Assembly: GCA_965279655.1 (NCBI GenBank)
Contig: OZ257255.1
Coordinates: forward strand, 2,356,909 to 2,388,908
Length of the DNA stretch: 32,000 bases
Source: Rhodospirillaceae bacterium
GTDB lineage: Bacteria; Pseudomonadota; Alphaproteobacteria; Rhodospirillales; Rhodospirillaceae
Reading direction: 5' to 3'
Shown here: piece after piece, positions 27,457 through 32,000 of the stretch
Numbering within the stretch: the stretch's first letter is position 1
Layout of the letters: every line of letters starts with the position of its first letter
The notes under the pieces: model-generated
What the model was told of the DNA's origin: nothing
What the model saw: the letters and a program-made list of their open reading frames with translations, nothing else
Database searches by the model: none
Position numbers and translations under genes: made by a program

Positions 27457-28183
27457 GCACGACCTCTGCGGTGAACATGTATCCGCCGCCGCGCACCGTC
27501 TTGATCAGCGCGGGATTCTTTGCGTCGAGTTCGATCTTCTTCCGCAGTCGGCCGACCTGCACGTCGATGGAACGGTCGAAGGGGATGGCCGCGCGGCCGC
27601 GCGCCATATCGAGCAGCTGGTCGCGGTTCAGCACACGGCGTGGATGTTCCACGAACGCCACCAGCAGGTCGTACTCCCCGGCGGTGAGCGGGATTGCTTC
27701 CTGAGCGCGCCGCAACGTGCGGGTGGATTGCTCGAGTTCAAAGCCCGCGAAGCTCAGCTTCTCCGCTTCCGCATCCGCCGCGGTCGGCACCGGCGGCGCC
27801 GACACGCGGCGCAGCACGGCCTTGATGCGCGCGGCGAGTTCGCGCGGATTGAACGGCTTGGGCAAATAGTCGTCCGCGCCGACCTCGAGGCCGATAATGC
27901 GGTCCACATCTTCCGCCATAGCCGTCAGCATGATGATCGGCACGAAGGAGTCCGCGCGAATGCGCCGGCACAACGTCAGCCCATCGTCGCCGGGCAGCAT
28001 GAGATCGAGGACGATCAGATCGATCGCCCAATCCTTCAGCGCCTGCTCCATCTCTCGCCCGTCTTTCGCGGTGGTGACGCGAAAGTCGTGCTTGGACAGA
28101 AAGCGGCTCAGGAGATCGCGGATTTCCGAATCGTCGTCGACGATGAGGATATGCGGCTTCGGTGTTTCAGAGGTGGTCGACAA
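27449..28183 (-). CDS. OmpR/PhoB-family response regulator
   Basis: Receiver domain HILIVDDDSEIRDLL...DLIVLDLMLPGDDG and winged helix RSIDVQVGRLRKKIE...IKTVRGGGYMF. TTG 28183 (AGGAA SD 9 nt upstream) is preferred over the GTG at 28273, which would add 30 atypical residues. Confidence 0.85.
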   Translation of the reverse strand: MSTTSETPKPHILIVDDDSEIRDLLSRFLSKHDFRVTTAKDGREMEQALKDWAIDLIVLDLMLPGDDGLTLCRRIRADSFVPIIMLTAMAEDVDRIIGLEVGADDYLPKPFNPRELAARIKAVLRRVSAPPVPTAADAEAEKLSFAGFELEQSTRTLRRAQEAIPLTAGEYDLLVAFVEHPRRVLNRDQLLDMARGRAAIPFDRSIDVQVGRLRKKIELDAKNPALIKTVRGGGYMFTAEVVRG

Positions 28184-28416
28184 AATTCGGGTTCCTACAT
28201 CGGTAGCTTGCGGGCGGAGTGTATCAACCGAGATAGGGAGGAGAAAGGAACCCGCGCGGTTATTCGGCAACACGTTGTAAACACGGGCCCTGAGGTTACT
28301 GGGCGTTACACTTATCTCTGACGCTGGACATGCCGCGACATGCGGAGGTTACAGGCGGGGCCCTAAATACGCTCCATCGGCTGGACGCTGGGTCTGGCCG
28401 GAAAGACGAGGTTCCC

Positions 28417-28491
28417 ATGTCACTCTTAATGCTTCCGATCATCATTATCACCGCGCTTTTCGCCGGCTGGTCCACCACCTGCGAGCGCTAA
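28417..28491 (+). CDS. Candidate 24-aa hydrophobic small protein (below the ORF-track length cut-off)
   Basis: Product MSLLMLPIIIITALFAGWSTTCER. GAGG lies 5 nt upstream of ATG 28417. The stop is 7 nt before the AAGGAG SD of the next gene. Its AT-rich codons are atypical for this genome, so it is speculative. Confidence 0.35.
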   Translation: MSLLMLPIIIITALFAGWSTTCER

Positions 28492-28512
28492 CCTCCAAAG
28501 GAGCTCCAAGCG

Positions 28513-29322
28513 ATGCACGCCTTCTCCCTGAAACGTACCCCCGCCCGCGCCCTCTTGGCCGGCCTGGGTCTAACCTGTGCGAGCGTCTTCGCCGTGCACG
28601 CGGAGGAAGGCTTGCAGGTCGCGCAGATGCAAGGCGGCCCCCAGATGCAAAGAAGCGGGGCTGACGGTCCTCGCAACGGCGGCGATCGCTGCGCGCGGCT
28701 TGCCGAGCGACTTGAAAAGACCGACCGGAACCTGAGCGCCGATCAGGTCCGCGACATTCTTGCCGGCCGTCTGGCGCAAAGCGGCGAACCGAATTTGAAG
28801 GTCGGTAAGCCTCGCACCAAAGGAGACGTCGTCGAACTCGACATCGTCACCACTTCCGGCTCTCTCGTCGCCACCCGCGAAATCTCCATGAAGACCGGGC
28901 TTGCGGCGAACCTGCTTGAACGCTGCCAAGAACGGCAAGCGCAACGCACATCGCAGGGCGAGAGCGCGCGTGACGGCGGACGTCGCGGCGGACGGTCTTT
29001 CCAGATGCGCGGCGGGCCGGACGGCATGCGCGGCGGCATGGGCATGGGCGGCATGGGCGGCGAACGCCGCGGCGGCGGGATCACGGGCGCGCTCGCCATG
29101 ATCGCCGGCGAACCCGGCCGCGACCTCAAGCTGACGCCCGACCAGGGCAAGAAACTCGCCGAAGCTGCCCTCGTCATGGTCGGCAATGCGCGCCTCAAGG
29201 TGGGTGCGGTGAAGGAGAAGGACGCCGACACCCTGACCGTGGACATCGTCACCCAGGACAACGCCCTGGTGATTCGCCGCGAGATGAACCGCCACACAGG
29301 CCGCGCCCACAAGCCGGCCTAG
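28513..29322 (+). CDS. Periplasmic protein with two PepSY-like repeats separated by a Gly/Arg/Met-rich linker
   Basis: Signal peptide MHAFSLKRTPARALLAGLGLTCASVFAVHA. The internal duplication is L(S/T)xDQ...LKVG..K...(L/V)DIVT...LV..RE(I/M)...TG, at about residues 74-130 and 205-262. The linker is GGRRGGRSFQMRGGPDGMRGGMGMGGMGGERRGGG. Confidence 0.65.
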   Translation: MHAFSLKRTPARALLAGLGLTCASVFAVHAEEGLQVAQMQGGPQMQRSGADGPRNGGDRCARLAERLEKTDRNLSADQVRDILAGRLAQSGEPNLKVGKPRTKGDVVELDIVTTSGSLVATREISMKTGLAANLLERCQERQAQRTSQGESARDGGRRGGRSFQMRGGPDGMRGGMGMGGMGGERRGGGITGALAMIAGEPGRDLKLTPDQGKKLAEAALVMVGNARLKVGAVKEKDADTLTVDIVTQDNALVIRREMNRHTGRAHKPA

Positions 29323-29408
29323 AGCACAGGAGCGCCAGACCCGGCCGCACGGAACCGAAGCCCCTCTCGTTCCGGCATCCCTCCCCTCGAGATGCAGGCC
29401 GGGTTCAA

Positions 29409-29450
29409 GCCCCGGGCGGGTCCCCCGTGCCCGCCCGGGGCTTTTCCTTT
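29409..29450 (+). terminator. Rho-independent terminator
   Basis: GCCCCGGGCGGG, a 9-nt loop, then CCCGCCCGGGGC form a perfect 12-bp stem followed by TTTTCCTTT. It lies 87 nt after the PepSY-like gene stop. Confidence 0.8.
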
Positions 29451-29474
29451 CTGGAACCAATCGGCGACTTTAGA

Positions 29475-29489
29475 GTTCTTGTTTTGTTC
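29475..29489 (+). promoter_or_regulatory. Candidate alphaproteobacterial LexA (SOS) box, GTTC-N7-GTTC
   Basis: GTTCttgttttGTTC sits in an AT-rich patch 25 nt upstream of the radical SAM gene start at 29514. Confidence 0.5.
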
Positions 29490-29513
29490 TCTTTATTGCC
29501 GTATGGTCCACCC

Positions 29514-30650
29514 ATGCCTGGAAATGTCGCCCAACAGCCCCCTGGCCCCGCCTGGGAAGGCACCACCCGTCCCCACCCCGAAGCCCGTCGCGGGCGTGGG
29601 GCGGTCAGCAACGCCGTTGGCCGCTACGAGCCGGAGGTCCGGGAATATGCCGACGACGGCTGGGACAACATGGACCTGCCGGCCCCGCCCCTCCGCACCA
29701 TGGTCCAGGTGGACGCGACGCGCACGATCATCGCCCGGAATACCTCCCCCGATATCGGCTTCGACCGTTCGATCAACCCGTATCGGGGCTGCGAGCACGG
29801 CTGCATCTATTGTTTCGCCAGGCCGACCCACGCCTACCTCGGCATGTCGCCGGGGCTGGATTTCGAGAGCCGCCTGTTCGCCAAACCCGAGGCCGCGGCT
29901 TTGCTCGACAAGGCCCTCCGGGCTCCGAAGTACCAGGCACGCACCATGGCGATGGGCACCAACACCGACCCCTATCAGCCGATCGAACGGCAGTACCAGA
30001 TCACGCGCAGCGTTCTCGAAGTGCTGGCGCGCTTCAATCACCCGGTGAGCATCGTCACCAAGTCCGCGCTGGTGACACGCGATATCGACATCCTGGCGCC
30101 GATGGCCGCCAAGGGGCTGGCGCGCGTGGCGCTGTCGGTTACCTCGCTGGACGCCCATTTGTCGCGCAAGATGGAACCTCGCGCGTCGACGCCCACACGC
30201 CGGCTCGCCGCCCTGAAGGAACTACATGAGGCCGGCATCCCCACCGCCGTGATGTTCGCGCCCACCATCCCCGGCCTGAACGATCATGAGATGGAAAGCG
30301 TGCTGACCGCGGCGCGCGACATGGGTGTGACGGAAGCCGGCTACGTCATGCTGCGCCTACCGATCGAGGTGAAGGATCTGTTCCGCGAATGGCTGGACGC
30401 GGCAGTGCCCGAACGCGCCACCCGCGTCATGAGCCTGGTGCGCACCATGCGTGGAGGCAAGGACTACGACCCGGAATGGGGCACGCGCATGCACGGCGTC
30501 GGACCTATCGCCGAGATGATCCGGGACCGCTTCCGCATTGCCTGCAACAAGCTCGGCCTGAACAAGACAGCGCGGTCCTTCGCCCTGGATACGACGCAGT
30601 TCCGGGTGCCCCACACGACCGGGACGCAACTGTCGCTTTTTGCCTCTTGA
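29514..30650 (+). CDS. PA0069-family radical SAM protein (SplB-like, COG1533 type)
   Basis: GRGAVSNAVGRYE N-terminal motif and the radical SAM cluster CEHGCIYCFARP. ATG 29514 is chosen because the track start at 29427 lies inside the upstream terminator. Confidence 0.8.
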   Translation: MPGNVAQQPPGPAWEGTTRPHPEARRGRGAVSNAVGRYEPEVREYADDGWDNMDLPAPPLRTMVQVDATRTIIARNTSPDIGFDRSINPYRGCEHGCIYCFARPTHAYLGMSPGLDFESRLFAKPEAAALLDKALRAPKYQARTMAMGTNTDPYQPIERQYQITRSVLEVLARFNHPVSIVTKSALVTRDIDILAPMAAKGLARVALSVTSLDAHLSRKMEPRASTPTRRLAALKELHEAGIPTAVMFAPTIPGLNDHEMESVLTAARDMGVTEAGYVMLRLPIEVKDLFREWLDAAVPERATRVMSLVRTMRGGKDYDPEWGTRMHGVGPIAEMIRDRFRIACNKLGLNKTARSFALDTTQFRVPHTTGTQLSLFAS

Positions 30651-30739
30651 GATAACGGGCGCGTCGCACGGCGCCCCGCTATACTCCACGCGCCTGATCG
30701 CCGACATTTGGCGTCTTCGGCGAACGGATAAGGTGTGCG

Positions 30740-32000
30740 GTGGCGGGCGAGGCTGGGAGGACCGAAGCTGATATTTGCGCCGATGCGCGCAAGCTCCTGG
30801 ACGGCGGCCGCCCGGCGGAAGCCATCGCGCTGCTGACGGCGGCGCTGCAGAATAGCCCGCACGCGCAGGCGCTGCTGGCCGCGCTTGGTGAAGTCCTGTG
30901 CCGCAACGGACGTTTTGCCGAGGCCGCGCAGCATCTCGCGAAGGTAGTCGCGGCCGATTCGAACAATGCCGCGAACCTGTTCTACTACGGAGTGGCGCTG
31001 CAGGGCCTCGGCAGCCTCAAGCCCGCGATCGTCCATCTGCGCCGCGCGCTCGATCTTCAGCCGCACCTGACCGAAGCCTACCGCGCGCTGTCGATGGCGC
31101 TGTGGGCCGTGGCCCCGGAACACGCGATCGCCACGCTGGATGAGGCACGGCGCAAGAATGCGGCGACAGGCCAAACAGAAGGCCTGTGCTTCTTTTTCCG
31201 CCAAACGCTCGCGGATTGGTCGGTCTTCGACGCGAGCATCAACTGGCTGCGAACGCAGCTCGATGCCGGCGCGACCGACCTGGAACCGGCAATCTGCTGC
31301 ATCGTGCCTGGCTTCGGTCCCGTCGAACAACGGCGTGTGGCGGAGGCCTATGGCCGCATGATCGGCGGCGCCGGCACACCGCCGACATTGGATGCGCGTG
31401 AAGGCGACAAGATTCGCATCGGCTATCTGTCTGCGGACCTCGGCGAACATCCGGTCGGACGCCTGATGGCGGGAATATTCGAACACCACGACCGAAGCCG
31501 ATTCGAAGTCTTCGCCTATTCCACGCGGCCCGGCGGTGAACTTCCCACGACACGCCGCCTGCGCGCCGCGGCTGAACACTTCATCGACGTCCATCAACTG
31601 TCGGATGCCGACGCGGTAGCGCGCATCCGCAGCGACAGGATCGAACTTCTCGTCGATCTCAGCTGCTACACCGAGGGCGGACGTCCACGGATCGTGGCGC
31701 AACGCCCGGCGCCGATTCAGATCAACTATCTCGGCATGGGCGGGACGACCGGACATCCCTCCTACGACTACATTCTGACCGACGAAGTGCTGACCCCACC
31801 GACCCTCCTTGCGCACTACTCGGAGACGCCCGCGTTCCTTCCCGAGGTCTATCTCAACATCGATCAGGCCGCCGCTCCCCCGCGGCGCAAACAGGATCGC
31901 GCGCGATGGTCGCTGCCCGAAAAGGGCTTCGTGTTCTGCGCGTTCAACAACACTGTGAAAATCACGCCTTCCCACTTCCACCTCTGGATGGAGATTCTGC
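30740..32000 (+). CDS. TPR-repeat / SPINDLY-type O-GlcNAc-transferase-like glycosyltransferase (5' portion; continues beyond the window)
   Basis: Frame 2 is open from the TGA at 30695 to the window end and has no stop, so it is absent from the ORF track. GTG 30740 is the only start-type codon after that stop. The translation reads ...LLTAALQNSPHAQALLAALGEVL... (TPR), then IRIGYLSADLGEHPVGRLMAGIFEHHDRSRFEVFAYS...QINYLGMGGTTGHPSYDYILTD, characteristic of COG3914-type proteins. The 505-aa minus ORF 30464..31981 is its antisense shadow. Confidence 0.75.
   Translation, partial: MAGEAGRTEADICADARKLLDGGRPAEAIALLTAALQNSPHAQALLAALGEVLCRNGRFAEAAQHLAKVVAADSNNAANLFYYGVALQGLGSLKPAIVHLRRALDLQPHLTEAYRALSMALWAVAPEHAIATLDEARRKNAATGQTEGLCFFFRQTLADWSVFDASINWLRTQLDAGATDLEPAICCIVPGFGPVEQRRVAEAYGRMIGGAGTPPTLDAREGDKIRIGYLSADLGEHPVGRLMAGIFEHHDRSRFEVFAYSTRPGGELPTTRRLRAAAEHFIDVHQLSDADAVARIRSDRIELLVDLSCYTEGGRPRIVAQRPAPIQINYLGMGGTTGHPSYDYILTDEVLTPPTLLAHYSETPAFLPEVYLNIDQAAAPPRRKQDRARWSLPEKGFVFCAFNNTVKITPSHFHLWMEIL

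Noticed and set aside
28296-28478. 60-aa minus-strand ORF in the two-component-system intergenic region
   Set aside because: It has no SD and no recognisable features, and it overlaps the better-supported plus-strand 24-codon ORF and promoter region.
30666-30686. GC hairpin GGGCGC-N8-GCGCCC after the radical SAM gene as a possible terminator
   Set aside because: The stem is short (6 bp) with no T-tract, so it is not supportable as a terminator.

Overview
This is a high-GC, tightly packed chromosomal segment; my hand counts on a few 60-nt lines give about 70% GC in typical genes. It has alphaproteobacterial hallmarks: ctaC-ctaD-ctaG-ctaE order with a Cox11-type CtaG, a DUF983 gene after ctaE, and a GTTC-N7-GTTC SOS-type box. 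I call about 37 protein genes. I saw no rRNA, tRNA, CRISPR array, transposase, integrase or phage genes. Gene order, left to right: (1) the tail of an MFS/DUF3833/DUF6134 cluster, then DUF924 and DUF983 genes. (2) A minus-strand operon encoding a 40-aa membrane peptide, DUF420, a 12-TM heme-copper-oxidase-subunit-I-like protein that appears to lack the CuB His-His pair, heme o synthase CtaB, and a secreted SnoaL-like protein. (3) Divergent from it, the aa3 cytochrome c oxidase genes ctaC, ctaD, ctaG and ctaE plus a second DUF983. (4) A cytoplasmic sulfur module: TusA-like, YeeE/YedE, a His-tailed VOC protein, rhodanese, a universal stress protein, and a signal-less Mo-bisPGD/FeS/NrfD-type trio best read as SoeABC-like sulfite dehydrogenase. 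(5) A secreted S1 protease with an unknown N-terminal domain, two tandem GSTs, and a translationally coupled ELM1-family/hydroxypyruvate-isomerase pair. (6) pyrE, a TPR-2OG-oxygenase fusion, and an EnvZ/OmpR-type two-component system facing a 24-codon hydrophobic ORF and a tandem PepSY-like periplasmic protein. (7) A PA0069-type radical SAM gene preceded by a LexA-type box, and a TPR/SPINDLY-type glycosyltransferase that runs off the window and is absent from the ORF track. The most unusual item is the CuB-less HCO-like operon coupled to ctaB. I cannot show that any system here is truly undescribed without database searches. Many long ORFs in the track are antisense or N-terminally over-extended artefacts of the high GC content.
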